The position numbers and the translations under genes were made by a program. Source: Lytechinus pictus (lineage: Eukaryota). From it: a stretch of 64,000 nucleotides of DNA. Position 1 is the first letter of the stretch; each line of letters starts with the position of its first letter. Below the pieces are notes generated by a model. It did no database searches, was not told the origin of the DNA, and saw only the letters and a list, made by a program, of their open reading frames with translations. This document shows positions 23,231 through 36,872 of the stretch, piece by piece. Location: NCBI RefSeq assembly GCF_037042905.1, contig NC_087252.1:17424001-17488000 (forward strand). The letters run 5' to 3'.

Positions 23231-23760
23231 CCTGATGTTCAGATAATAATCTTATTATATGTTCTGCATCTCTATAATTAGGAAAAATTGACCAGATGCC
23301 GAGATCTCAGATCTTGTCATCATCTACATCCTGTGGGAGAGATGACAATATCTCATCATATATCTACATCCTGTGGGAGAGATGATATGAGTTGACATTT
23401 GACAAGATCTTGGATCTCGTCGTGTCTACATGTGGGAGAGATGGTCAGATGACTGAGATCTTGGATTCGTCATGTCTACATTAATGAGTTGTGGAGATGA
23501 TGATCAGATGACAAGGTCTTGGATCCATGATCTGCACTGCATGGATCATGATGTAGACATGCATGACGAGATCCAGGATATTGTCATCTGATCATCGATC
23601 TCAAACGGCATGTATAGATATGACGAGATCCAAGATATCTTGTCATCTGATCATCTCCCATATTGGATAAAGACATGAGATCGAGATCTATTAATTGTCA
23701 TCTCATCATCTTTTTGAAGGATTGTAGACATGACGGGATGATTATCTGAACAAAATCAGG
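23231..23760. mobile_element. Foldback element with internal ~50-bp tandem subrepeats in mirror orientation
   Basis: Termini CCTGATGTTCAGATAATAATC / GATGATTATCTGAACAAAATCAGG; GATCTTGGATCTCGTCATGTCTACAT-type units forward to ~23530 and reversed after. Confidence 0.8.
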
Positions 23761-24029
23761 CTTAATTTCCTTGAATCATTTGTTAAAACAAACTACATGT
23801 TATTCAGCAACACTCTAGCAACATTGCCAGCTAATATTACAACTAAGGCATGCGGTTCAGATTACTGAAGTCTTGTGCAAAATTCCTTGGGGTTAAACAT
23901 TGGAAGCAGAGTTGGAATTAAGTTCACACTTCTTATTTAAGTAAACTTCTTTCCAGAAATTCAAGAGTCATTAATTCATTATTCAGAGTACATTTCCAAA
24001 ACGGGCCGGCTTTGCCCCCCCCCCCCCTA

Positions 24030-24137
24030 TAGTCTGCTATGCAGACTCTGAATGGCTCGTTAGGTGGGATCTCAGCGCGAAGCTAGCCTGAAAGGGCGAG
24101 CGAAGCGAGCCATTTCAGATCTGCAGCTACAGTAGAC
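24030..24137. mobile_element. Small palindromic MITE-like element
   Basis: TGCAGACTCTGAATGGCTCG pairs imperfectly with CGAGCCATTTCAGATCTGCA. Confidence 0.55.
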
Positions 24138-26140
24138 CTAGTCTATGCAACTCCTTGAATCAGCTGTGGTTCACACACTGCAGATGTGGGTCTACATTTG
24201 TAGACTAGCCCCCCCCCCCCCCCCTCGATCCGCCAGTGATCTCATACTGATATTTTGTTTGATGAAAACAAGTTCCTAAATTTACATGACATATTTGATT
24301 GGTTGCATTATGTATCAATTAAATAAAAGAGGAATTCCACTTGCCCTTCGATTTTAGATTAATTTAGATTTATTCATTTTCCGTTCAAAAAGCACAACAA
24401 AATAAAAGTAACAATACATAGTCAGATTTAAAGTACAATATTAATCGGAATAATGCATAAGAATTAGAAGGTATAAACAATGAGAACTATAATGCGAACT
24501 AAAGTAACTTTGACTATTAACTATATAAAAAAACAGAACGGAGGGGCTTGCCAAAAAAGCAAAGCTTGTATGTGAGGCAAGCCCCTGTCTGCCTGTAACT
24601 TAGTTTCAATACGTAAAGACAACATTACAAAACTATAGTATAAATGAGAGACGGAAGACAGTTTAAAAGGAGACTATACAAAATATCGAAGGTACCAACG
24701 AAAGAGTGACACAAATTAGAATAAATGATAATAGTAATAATAAAAAATAAATGCTCCGTTATGTGAATTGAATCTATTAGAACGTCTGGCATCCGCCAAC
24801 ATTTTGTTCAAAACAAAATGTACAAAATAATACAAAACAAATATACAATTCAAATACTATAAGCAGATAAACAAAGACAAAATAGTATTTTATCAAAAAA
24901 GAAAAACAACTTAAGTCTACTATTAAATAAATAGTAAATGCATTACATGTAAACACGATGTGTAAGAATATTACGAATATATTACTACAGAATGTTTGCA
25001 GGTTGATATCTTTAGTACTCTTGCTGACATTTTATCTTCAGAAATCACCCCTAATAGCAATTATGTTTTGGATAAAAGAACAAAACTATTCAATAAAAAA
25101 ACTTCAGTTTCAAATTTCATATGTAGATACATTTTTCGTGGCACTCCATAAATAGCTTAAAGTACAATAAAGCGTGATTTAAAGTTTATAGCAATCCATC
25201 TACAGAAAGCTGACCCAGGTTGTGTTAAACGCATCTAATATCTTACGCTCTTATGTTGCAAAACATCATACGCACAATTGTCTGAAAGTTAATAATGAGC
25301 AAGATAAATGTAAATTCTTCTTGGGGTCGGCCCTATAAAGGGTGTCATCAATGATTATAAAAATAAGTTCATAATTTAACTATAAAATCCTCGTTTCTTT
25401 TGTTGAGTCTCAATAAGAATATATGAATTTATATTTTTATGAGCATTCACTATTTTATCATGCGTACTTTGAACAGAGAGATTTTAAACGAATGCTTCCA
25501 ATGGTTTATTGGACCCTACTTAGAGTTTAAAGCTATTCTATTTGAAAAGTCACAAGAAGTTAACCCTTTTTTCAAATAATAAAAATCCATATAGGCATAA
25601 ATAAGGTTAAAGTTTCGAAGGATGCTTGTTTATCTTAATCCCATTTTCATGTTTGTAGTTTCAAAGTTGCATTTGTTCACCAGATAATTGCCTGATGCAG
25701 TCTCACATTGTGCACGTTTTCATTATTGAATTTATTACATTTTCCTTTGGTGTGATCTACGTTGCCTATAAACTCAACATATTGTTGAACATTATTTTTA
25801 TTCATTACAATTACATTTTGTCTGAACAACATCTTGGTCAGATTTACCAAGTTTCAAAATGTTTCATACTGTAGAATCCATATTCGTGTAAATTTTTATT
25901 TTTAGGGATGCTGAGTTTTCTCAAATGTAATTATACCTTTTGATTCATCATTTTGTATCATTTTGTAATGTTAAGTTCAATGGGCAAAGTAATTTGTCAG
26001 GGATAAATGAATCAGACCATTAAGATCACATCGATATTCCTTTGAACAATTCTGAAAACACTTGTCTCTTTCTTGTTACTTCCGAATGTGTCAATGCATT
26101 CTTACACATGCAGGCCCGTCAGATCAAATTTTCGCATACG

Positions 26141-26609
26141 TTCGTAATTCCGAAGCTTCGTTATTCCGAAGGTTCGGATATTCCGAAGGTTTGTTATTCC
26201 GAAGGTTCGTATTTCTGAAGGTTCGTAATTCCGAAGGTTCGTTAGTCCGAAAACGAAATGAGGTTCGTAATACCGAAGGTTCGTTAGTCCGAAAACGAAG
26301 TGATTAAAGAACATTATTTCGTTTTCGAACTAACGAACCTCCGGAACAACGAACCCTATTTAGTTTTCGGATTAACGAACCTTCGGAACAACGAACCATA
26401 TATTTCGTTTTCGGATTAACGAACCTTCGGAACATCGAACCTTATTTCGTTTTCGGATTATCGAACCTACGGAATAATGCCACAAATGTTCGGAGTAACG
26501 AACCCTTTTACGTTTTTGGATTAACGAACATCGAGGTATAGGCAATTTACGTGTTTCAGAATTACGAACCTTCGGAATAAAGAACCTTCGGAATTACGAA
26601 GTGTAACCC
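26141..26609. repeat. Minisatellite-bearing foldback element (TTCCGAAGGTTCGTTA units, then their reverse complement)
   Basis: Forward units to ~26300; TAACGAACCTTCGGAA units from ~26330; right end GTGTAACCC; left terminus apparently lost. Confidence 0.85.
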
Positions 26610-26872
26610 GAATTTTAAAGTGGTATGGTTATGGTAAGCTATTTGACCCATAAAGACGATAAACTATGTTTATCGTCGATGGGTCAAATGGCTTGCCATA
26701 TATGGTATGATTCTGGGATATTCTCGGTAAATCAAAATGTTGCGAATCTAAACGACCCTCTGTCTTAGAACAGGTACATGCTGGAGGGTAATAGACTTGT
26801 CCATTGCCTTTAATTATCACCTTCATATAGATGATGCGAGCGGTTCCCTTATATTTTGTAGAGGAGACCCTG

Positions 26873-27006
26873 GCCTATAATCTAGGCGGAGGTAGCATTT
26901 ATTGTCTTTGTCACATCAGACGTATCGCTTGCGTTCAGCATAACAGCAAAGACATTAACTATTACATTAACCGTTCAAGACATTAGCCTCCGCCTAGATT
27001 ATAGGC
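26873..27006. mobile_element. Small MITE with 20-bp perfect TIR
   Basis: GCCTATAATCTAGGCGGAGG / CCTCCGCCTAGATTATAGGC. Confidence 0.8.
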
Positions 27007-27512
27007 TATAGAGGCCCGGGCAGGTTCCGTTTTGTACCAAAATATATCAGGGCATATTTTGACACATCGTCACTTTTGTCTAATTCCCTCATTTTTTTTC
27101 TCCTTGTTTTTTTTTCAATTGTATGTTTCACCCTTATCTTTCTGTATTTTATGTTTAACCTCAGTTTCTTCCTCTCTGCTCTTAAAGTCTTTAATGATTA
27201 AATGCCATTTTTCCTCATTTTACTACTTTTCCTTGTCCAAGTGTTTTTTCTTAATTTGGTAAAATTGTTTAAGAAGGCTGCACATAAAATATTTTGATTG
27301 TCATTATCAAAAAGAAAAAAATTGTAAAAGTCGACTGACTGAAATTCGCTACTGTCTGCAGACAAATATTTGCACATCATGATCATGAAGCTTATCTGCC
27401 ACAAGTCATGACTTGTTATAGTTATGACCTTTGTAGCAATTAAAACATTATGCAAATAATGTGATAAGCGGCGGGATATAGATTTTCCTTTGGATACTGC
27501 AGGCGTGGCTTG

Positions 27513-27561
<49 letters not shown>

Positions 27562-28314
27562 AGAAATAGAAATAAGGCATCGTCTTCAAGATCCAGCACT
27601 ATCAAGCATTAATTGCTGTAACTGGTTATTCATCTGGATTGCTTGGATTAGTAAAATATTTGTTTAAAGAAATCCACCATAGTTGTTCCTGCGCCTAAAT
27701 ACGTAGTAGCTGAATTCTTGAACAGGTTGAATGCTGATTTGTGTATTACTCTGTTACTTCTATGTTCAAAGGTAACATTTTTCTTCCCTTATTTCAACAA
27801 AATCAAATTCTTGTCATTTTACCGACAACTTTATAGCTCCATGGTAATAGACCAGTTCGTAGTTACTTCATGGACAATTTTGGTCAAATGACCTTTCATT
27901 TCTTTCATTATGATATGTAGATTTCAAAGAAAGATATTACATAAGCATGCCTTACATAGCAGGATGAAGAAACTGAATGGACCAGGTGACAAGAATAGCA
28001 CACTTATGAACACTTTATGAAGGGATTTGTTGCATTCCTATTTTGAAAGCATATCATAGCATGTTGCACAATGTACTTGGCAAAATGTGAAATACCAGTC
28101 GTTCGTGGACGCATTGTTGTTTTGTGTGGATGTACATGAAAAAACACAATTCAAAAGAATATATGCATAATCAAGACATCAAAGTTGGTGCTTATATGAA
28201 ATGAAAACCAACTTTTGATGATAAAAACTTAGTAGAAATTGCTGAACAGGAGATGTCTGAAATATAAATTTGTTTACATGTCCTCAGATGCAGCTGGAAC
28301 CAAAAAACCTAAAG

Positions 28315-28589
28315 CAGGGTTGGATCCAGGATTTCCCAAGAGAGGGGGGGGGGGGCACATTTTCCGAGGGAAAAATTGACAAACAAAAAAAGAAAAGAAA
28401 AAAAGTGTTTTAACCAAAAATTAATGATATTTCGTCCCCGAAAAAAATTGACATGAAAAAAATAAGGTCTTTACTTTCAAAGGGGAAGGGGCACGCTTCT
28501 CTTTTAATAGCATTTTTACATTATAATTTTTAATTTTGCTTCTCAAGGGGGGGGGGGGGGGACACAGCCGGCCCGTGGACCCGCTATTG
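28315..28589. mobile_element. hAT (Tip100-like) MITE
   Basis: Ends CAGGGTTGGATCCA / TGGACCCGCTATTG; 8-bp TSD ACCTAAAG / AGCTAAAG (7 of 8 match); poly-G tracts. Confidence 0.7.
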
Positions 28590-30150
28590 AGCTAAAGGTT
28601 GTGCTTACCTAGGGTAAAATGTTTATGTGTTACAAAATTTGAAATGTATCGGTTTTATTTCAATTGACTGAAAGTGCAAAAGAATAATTGTAAGCAATGT
28701 ATGGCACGGTTAGTTTGTTTCGCCGTTTTTTCCCTTATACAGCGTGAAAATGAGCATTTATGCGCAAAACGATTTCTGCGACCTTTACAAATTGCTCACA
28801 CACGTGTAACATTATGTCATTTTTTTTAAACTTTCATTTGATAGATGAGACCCAAGCCCAAGAATATATGTAAGAAAATAATCCACATGTTGTATCTTTC
28901 TCAATTCCCAGGACCACTGTAAATGTTATTTGTATATCTAATATTACTCATTTTGAAATTTCCTTCACATGTTTTATATTTATTTGTCTCTGGTTCGGAT
29001 ATACAAACTATCGAACATACAAGTATCAACTAAAATGATAAAATACAGCAGAACCTATGTGTAGGTGGCATAATTGATTCCCTTATTTGCATACCGATCA
29101 GGCCGTTGTGATTTATCGTTTTCTGATATTAAGCGAATTTTAACTAGCATAACAATAACTTTACTTTTCTGCATTGATAACCGTTTTCATTGGGCAGTTG
29201 GGTTAAGAAGGTGGGTTTTTTTTAAGCTGACGTAGCCAACGTGAATTGTTTCATGGACCCGTGCCACGTTGATGTATTATTTATGAAGTTATTATGATGT
29301 ATCTTATGAAGTAATGAAAGTTATGAAGCAAGTTTATTTTGTATTCACTGGTAGAAGCAATAAAATAGTACTTTAATATACATAATTTTTTATATATTTT
29401 TTTAAATGGAAATTTGCTTTTCAGAATTAATTTTGTTTTCCTTTCAAATTGTTCCTGGAACAAAATCATGTCCATTGTGTAGTGATGACCTTTTTTGCTT
29501 GTCAATTATTATCTAGCAAATAATGACCTCAATTTTTAATGGAATACCCTTTTTTGCTTGTAAAATTATTCCTGTGACAATATGCCCCTTGAAAAATCCT
29601 AATTTTGACACCTCTTTAAATAATCATTTCAGTAGAAGATATCTTTTCTCATTTTTCTTTCTTTTTACCTCAGTCGACATCATAATACAGAAAGGGCTAG
29701 CTACGGTCTAGTGTGAGGATTGAGTAATAGAAAGTAGATCCAGGTTCGTCGCTTTGGTTCGCGTTGAGAATAACGATGGAGAGGGTCGTAGCGGAGGAGG
29801 TGCGGGTGTTATATCAAGACAAACGTAACATATGAGAGAAGTCAAGACTTTGAAGACAAACTCATTAGAATTGATGTGGATTGAATTCCAACTGAGAAAT
29901 CATAGACTGTACCTTCTAGGAAAAGTGTGCAGACAGACAAGAGCTGCCTTCCAGTGTATTTAAAAAAAACGTAAGACAAATTTGAGTTGCATATTTTTGG
30001 TTCAATATATATTACAGATTTGTTTTTTATACCGTTGATATACTAACTGCAGTTTGAAATACTATAAGAATAAGATCTATGCTTTTGCTAGATATTTAAA
30101 GTGTTGTGCTAATTAAAAACAAAAACAAAAGGTTCAAGGTAACAATAATT

Positions 30151-32025
30151 ATGGCGACACTTGAGCACACCGTTTCGCAAAATCTAAAGTGTCCGGTTTG
30201 TTTTGATTTGCTTACTTATCCAAAACAACTGTCATGTACACATACGTTTTGTAAAACATGTATTCGAGATATTCTGGCGTTCTCTTTACTTAAAAATATT
30301 TTGTCGTGTCCAATATGTAGAAATACTACAACTGTCGCGAATTGCGATGTTGCAAACCTTAAAACTAACATTCCTGTTAAGTCACTTGTTGACGGCTTCA
30401 GGAATAGTAAACAGCTCTGTGACACGTGTGACAAGCAATCAAGAGCCGCACACTTCTGTTGCGATTGTGGTAAGAATATGTGTAACGCATGTCTGCAAGA
30501 TCATAACAACTGGAACCCTAATCTTAAACACAAAGTAGTGAGTGTTGAGGACATCAGAGAGGGAAGGGTCGTCTTAGAGAAGAAGTTATATTGTCGGGAA
30601 AAGATACATAGAACTGAGAAGTATGAATGCACTGATGTATGCACGACATGTAAGAAGCTCATTTGTACGAGATGTCGCATGCTCTACCACACTCCGGAGA
30701 AAGGCCATCGTGTTAAAGATGCCGGGGAGTACACCGCCTCCATCAAAGATAGAGTTGAAAACCTACAGTCACGTGGTGAAACTAAAACTAAAACAGTCAA
30801 GAATCATATGACTTGTATTGATCATCAAATCAAACGCGTCAACTATCACATTGATGGGGAAAAGGCAAAAAACAACAGGATTTGCGAAGAAGCTATCAAT
30901 AAAATAACAGAGAGTAATGCTACCTTGAACAAGCAACTCGATGATCAGAAAGAAAAATTAGTTAGGAGTTTAAATAATATGAAAATTGATAATCAAAGGT
31001 TAGTTAAGAGTATTGAGAGTGCGAGTGATTTGTTGAGTAATAGTTTGAAAGGCCAAATAGAAGGAGATGCTGCAGCAATTTGTGATTCATTGTCATTTGA
31101 ATTGAATAATGTATTAGATAGGGATAATCCAAAGAAGATGGTTGCTATTGATGTCGGCGATCATGCAGAGGAACTGACGTTTACACCAAGCTGCGATCCT
31201 GATACATTATCAATGGGGGAACTGAGGTTTGTGAAATGTAAGCCGAAATGCAATGCAGCACTCTCAAAGAAGGACGCTATGAATGGCATAGCTGCTTCCA
31301 ATAATGGTATGGTAGCAGTTGGTTATAGCGAAGGGGGAATCTATATCTTCTCTCCTAATTGTCAGCTTCAGGAGGCAGTGATCAAAGACGTATGGATCGT
31401 GGACCTAGGATTCCTCTCTGATGGTTGTTATGCTGTACGTGATAGATATAATAAGATGTCATTGTACACATCAAATGAAGAGAGACAGGATGTGACATTC
31501 GATACTCTAGGTAAGAGTGAAGGTGGAACAGGTGGTCTCGCCGTTGACAGCAATGATCTGATCTATGTTAGCTACAGGAAAGCTAAGAAGATCCAGGTAT
31601 TCTCACCATCAGGTGGGAAGGCTATAAGGGTGATACCCTGCGATGGGTATGAACCAAAGCAAATCACAAGTTATGGTGATTCATTGATCGTTAAGCAGGA
31701 TGACACTCAGATAGCACGTATTAATAAAAAGGGTGTTATAATGTATCAATTATTACGTAAACCTCTGGAAATACGCCTCTTTGCCGCTGTGAGTAAGGAC
31801 AATACAATCCTGATTTCCTCTGTAAGATTCGAGGAAGGTCTGCTCAATATCGATGAGTATACCGGTGAGCTCAAACACATTAGGAGTCTTATATCTGATT
31901 ACAAGATTGAGAAACCTGAGAGACATTGGTATTACCTTCAACAGTTTCAATCAGGAGAGATAGCTTTCTGTACACCTGATAGGCTCTATGTATTCAACCT
32001 AGTTACTAGTAAAGTTACCTCGTAA
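30151..32025 (+). CDS. Tripartite-motif E3 ubiquitin ligase (RING, two B-boxes, coiled coil, NHL-like beta-propeller; TRIM56/TRIM71-like), copy A, 624 aa, intronless CDS
   Basis: C3HC4 RING CPVC..CTHTFCKTC..CPIC; B-box1 CDTC..CCDC..CNAC..H; B-box2; heptad-rich middle; GIAA/GLAVD..IYV propeller blades. First ATG at 30151 aligns with copy B. Confidence 0.93.
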   Translation: MATLEHTVSQNLKCPVCFDLLTYPKQLSCTHTFCKTCIRDILAFSLLKNILSCPICRNTTTVANCDVANLKTNIPVKSLVDGFRNSKQLCDTCDKQSRAAHFCCDCGKNMCNACLQDHNNWNPNLKHKVVSVEDIREGRVVLEKKLYCREKIHRTEKYECTDVCTTCKKLICTRCRMLYHTPEKGHRVKDAGEYTASIKDRVENLQSRGETKTKTVKNHMTCIDHQIKRVNYHIDGEKAKNNRICEEAINKITESNATLNKQLDDQKEKLVRSLNNMKIDNQRLVKSIESASDLLSNSLKGQIEGDAAAICDSLSFELNNVLDRDNPKKMVAIDVGDHAEELTFTPSCDPDTLSMGELRFVKCKPKCNAALSKKDAMNGIAASNNGMVAVGYSEGGIYIFSPNCQLQEAVIKDVWIVDLGFLSDGCYAVRDRYNKMSLYTSNEERQDVTFDTLGKSEGGTGGLAVDSNDLIYVSYRKAKKIQVFSPSGGKAIRVIPCDGYEPKQITSYGDSLIVKQDDTQIARINKKGVIMYQLLRKPLEIRLFAAVSKDNTILISSVRFEEGLLNIDEYTGELKHIRSLISDYKIEKPERHWYYLQQFQSGEIAFCTPDRLYVFNLVTSKVTS

Positions 32026-32290
32026 GAATATTATGTTTCGGCCTTCAAGAGCCTATTAATGTCCTACTTTACAAATTCTTAAATTCACCAGTTTCAATGC
32101 TAATCTTGGTATTTATGTTTCATTAATGTCAAGAAAGTTAATTCATTCCATTCGATAAAAAATAATGTAAACAATAGGATAGTAAAAGGCAAAAGTACAT
32201 AATATACAATTGTTATTACATACAGAGGAGACTAATTGAAATATGAGACTCTGCAAAGGTTGAAAAAGAATTAAACTTCAGTTGAAGAAG

Positions 32291-32708
32291 AATCAAGGTA
32301 CTGTTAGATTATTCGTGTTTCTGATTTCGAAAAGGAAAAGGGAAACGAGGAGGCGCGCTCAATTTTCTGTTTCGTGAAGGTGAAGCAGAAAAAGGGAAAA
32401 GAGATTTCAATTCAATGTTATGTTCCGTGAACGCGAAACAAATAGAGGAAACGAAACTTTCAATTCAATTTTGTGTTTTCAAAAGGAAAAAATAAAAATT
32501 ATAATATGTAAAAAAAAAGTCAAACGGAAGAATTAACCGTTTTTCTGTTTTCTCGTTTTAACATCTTTCATTTTTGAATCAAAATATTGAAAAATGGCCG
32601 TTTTCTGTTTTAAATCTCGAAAATAGAATCAATTTTGGATAACTATTTCGATTTTTCTTTTCCGTTTCGAAACCAGAAAAAAACGAAATGTCTAACGGTA
32701 CCTTGATT
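32291..32708. mobile_element. MITE downstream of TRIM copy A (duplicate at 54251-54670)
   Basis: AATCAAGGTACTGTTAGA / TCTAACGGTACCTTGATT with longer imperfect arms. Confidence 0.8.
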
Positions 32709-35700
32709 AGGAAGCTCTGTCCAAAGCTGCACCCCAACTGTATCTTGTTTAACATAGTTTCATGCATGTGTACGTAGATTTCACTACTTCTATCTTTACC
32801 ATTCTTAAAAGATCTTTACCATTCTTAAAAGAATACAGTTTAAGGGCTTTCCTTGAAACTCCATTTAAGTAGAAATTAATTTACCAAAGTGACTGTTTGA
32901 TGTTGCCTTTTCTTTCCATTAAAATATCATTTTGCATACCCTTATTTAGAAAAAAAAATGTTCAAGCATAAATACATATGACACCAAGCAAAATTGAAAG
33001 GTGAAATAAAGCAGATTACATTGACTATTCAGAAATGATTAAAACCTATATTTCATATCCAATGTTTACTTTCTAAATGAAGAATATTCTATGACATAAA
33101 CGACTGATGTTGACAACGTGACCAGTAATGAGTCTGGTCACCCATAGTAGGCCTACGGAAAAAGAAATGTTTGTTGAGAATGGGAATCAATAAATACAAG
33201 ACCTAATAGTTATATGTAATTGTAAATGTATGTGTGTGCGTATCTTGGGGGTGGGCCAGGAATCTTCAGAGAAATAAAATGAGGAAAATTTTAAGACTTA
33301 CAAAAAAAAATCAAAAGCAATTATAAATCGCAATATAAATTTAATCTAATGATAAACAATCAATCCATCAATATCAGATCAATACGGCCAAAAATTCGGA
33401 TGTTGAAAAATCCTGGAGAAAGTTTGCCCCTATAACAGGGCTTTTTATAGACCCAATATTGAGAGAAGTGAGTTGATAGACATAATACACGTGACGTGAA
33501 AACGGTGGATTCAAAGCTGGAGAATAACGCTTATTTTCAGCCATTCTTTATCGTTATGATTTGGTTTGCATGATAATACTGGTACTATTATTAAAAATTG
33601 TAATATAAGAAATGCATGCATATGATAAAGTTTTACATCAACCGAATAAAGTAATCTGGTAATGGTGAATATTACTTTTGTTGGTGCTATATACTCTACT
33701 TGGATGCTATGGTATGTTCACGATTTCGATGCATTTATCAGTTTGTTCATGATAATTTCCATTACATATCCCTTTTTTGTTTTCGATATTATTAGTAACA
33801 TAAATATATATTAATGAGCGATGACAACAAACATACATGTCGAATTCGATGTCAATACAAATGGAAATCATAAGAACCACAATTCAATTCATGGCATCGC
33901 AAATTGGGAATAACCTTCATCAAAATGTAAAACAGAAATGTACAGTCATTTTGTTCACAGCTAATAAAGGAAAGGAGAAGTATAGGCCTATAAATGTATA
34001 TACATATTTCGTTTATTTTTTCATAACATTTATTGCACTTATGAATTGTATTTAGTTGTAAATTCGTTTTATTTCAGATTGCTCAATCGAAGGGGAAAAA
34101 TGTTCATCGTAATAAAATTATACTGAGTTTTTTTTTCTTAAAGTGCATTGTTTTATATTTGATCACATGTAACGCATTAAGTGTGTTCATATTGTAAAAA
34201 AGCTGAACAAAATTTATACATACCACTAAACCCTTTCTATTTCCGCAGTCATTTCACCAAACAAATAAAAAACAAAACATTTTTTTATTTGCATTGTATA
34301 TTATTTGGTCTCATTCTTTCATTTAATCATAAAACTAGTTATTCGAATTAATTAAGACCAATCAAACGTTTCAAACAGACTTGTAGATGGAAAATTGAAA
34401 CAGTGCCCTTCCATCTTTGTGTTCAAACACATGCTAAAGTCCCATTTTATACATTATTTATTTATACATATATATTACAAGTGGTGTCCATTTCGTGCAG
34501 TTTTGTATAAAATTTTAACCAACTGTTGTATTTGGTTTTTTTTTGTAATTTTATATAGCATTTATAAAAAGTATTATTATTAACAGGAGACCGACGAAAG
34601 AAAAGCTTGTAAAAACGCTACCAATGAAATTAGACAATCTTAAAAGCAGTTGATTTCAATACAAACGATTTAAAAGGGAAATAATAGTGAGAGCAAACGT
34701 AGAACAAACATGGAAATGGTAAAAATAAATGGATACAAGGAGATGCATGGTCATAAAAAATATTATAGATAATAAAACATGTATCAGGAAGGTAATGGGG
34801 CTTCCAAAGCAATGAATAAAAGAAACGAAAATGAAAAGAAAGAACGAAGGACAAAAGTGGGATGAAATAAAGGGGGAAAGAAAATAAGTTATAAGATTGT
34901 TGCCAAAAGTGCTCAGTATGGCCTTGAAAGAGATTTTTCTTGGCTGGACAAATACAGATTTTTTAAAAAACATCAGGAATAATTCACGAGTTATTCCTCA
35001 ATAGTCATCTTTATCACGCTATATCACAATACTTTGTTTCTAGTTTAGGTACTATTATTCTTTCTTGTCGTGCAATCGTTTAACTCTTATCCAAACATAT
35101 TGACATTTTATTTTTAAGAGTGATTATTTATGTATTATGATTTTAAAGAGTGATATTGGAGGTCATTGTCACCTCATTTTATCCTGAATTAGTTTCTTAA
35201 CAAGTCTTTATCGATTATCTTATTCTTCTCATGCATATTCATGATTGTGGTTGCGTCAGTATCGAGTGAATATGACATACCAATTTCCCTACTTACGCTC
35301 AATATTTACAGCCTGAGCCTTTAGTACGGCTATTTGTATGTATTATTTTGCTTTTTAACCTAGGCGTTGTGTTGGAACTGAATGCATACCACTCAAAGAT
35401 GTAGTTTTTGTCTTTGTTTTCTCTCCACCTGAATCCAACAAGCCTAATATACAATCGGTATATATGTATATATATTGTATGTGTATATATATATGTATAC
35501 ATATATAGATATATATATATATATATAAATATACATATATATATATTTTATATATACATTTTGAACATTACCAATAAAGGATATGAATTCTTTTGTCAGT
35601 GTATAAAATATTATTACATAATTTTGCTGTTAGAGTGAAATGTGTCTAAATTCGAAGGAATAGAATGATTATTTATGAGCTGTAAAAAAAATCAGTATGT

Positions 35701-36640
35701 TGGAATTTGAGGTAACTCAAGGCGGCAAACGTTGCATTGGAGGAATTCATTATTTACTCGAAATATATTGCTAAGGACGATGGGTAATTATTGATTGTTA
35801 AAGTGATACATAAAGGATTCAACTAACAAATGTGTGCATTTTAAAAATGTTATAAAAGATTGATCCGTGTCGTTTTTTAAATGAATCATAATACATATCG
35901 CCTCTGTTTTAAGAAGAGCAGCTATCTGATATGCCGCGCTCTTTTCCAACGCTAGAATAAGGTTAATTCAAACAGGCTAGAAATAATACAGAGTATATCT
36001 CATTATTTGAGTGACGATATTATTATTTGAGTGTATATAGATAGGAAATGTACCTTAAATGTATTACCAAAATCAGATATCAATGACGCCTTGTTTATAT
36101 ATAAACTTGTAAAAAGTAATAATCTAGCTACCTGGTGTAACTCTGTGTAACCTATCCAAATTCGACGAGGTATTAGGTAACTGAAAAAGAAAGGTGATGT
36201 GTGAAAGAAGATTACTTTCATCTTCATGCATTTTAAATGATGATAAATTCGATTATCTATGCAAGTCGCTGATATACAGAATACAAAACAGAGGGGAAAG
36301 AATGGAGCCCTGCAGGGTTCCACAGTTTGTATTTCCCAGTACTTGCACGTGATTTGTTTACTTGCACACTTAGGTTTCTATTCCACTTTTTTCTTAGATA
36401 ATAAATCGTTTGTTCCTTCTGAGAAACTTAGCATTCGCATTCATTTACAAAGTGTAGCTGGAACAAAAGATGAGGATTGATTATCTAGTTTGTCGTAGTG
36501 ATGTTAGGTCAAGATGCTGAACGTGCGTGATGTTCAGAGCTATGTGGATGGTGGACATGAAAATGGTTCTGATAAATGTGATATTAGAGACGGTGTTTAT
36601 AATGGGGACCATGCTGAGGGACTCGATGGCAAGAGTTGCA

Positions 36641-36872
36641 CACTGCTAAAACGATGGTGTTATTGTAACACCTTCCTGGTATCTATGTCGGTCCACACCA
36701 GAGAGGTGTTGAAACAACACCGTTTTGGCGTTAGGCTAACACCAATTTAGCATTTAAGCAACACCAATTAGTGTTTGGTTCTGAACTGGTGTACGTTGCT
36801 TCAACGCTTCTCTGCTGTGGTCCGATATAGATACCGGGCTGGTGTTTAATCAACATAGGTGTTTTTGCAGTG
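36641..36872. mobile_element. CACTG-ended (EnSpm/CACTA-like) MITE (duplicate at 61335-61566)
   Basis: CACTGCTAAAAC / GTTTTTGCAGTG; inner inverted repeat GGTATCTATGTCGG / CCGATATAGATACC; AACACC subrepeats. Confidence 0.75.

Noticed and set aside
26141..26609. CRISPR-like short repeats and 70-81 aa ORFs
   Set aside because: Mirror-symmetric minisatellite of a foldback element; the ORFs are repeat translations
27518..27560. Poly-A tract as a retrocopy tail
   Set aside because: No recognisable upstream coding remnant or TSD
30106..30150. N-terminal extension of TRIM copy A from the ORF track
   Set aside because: Starts at GTG and has no counterpart in copy B; ATG 30151 aligns with ATG 52107
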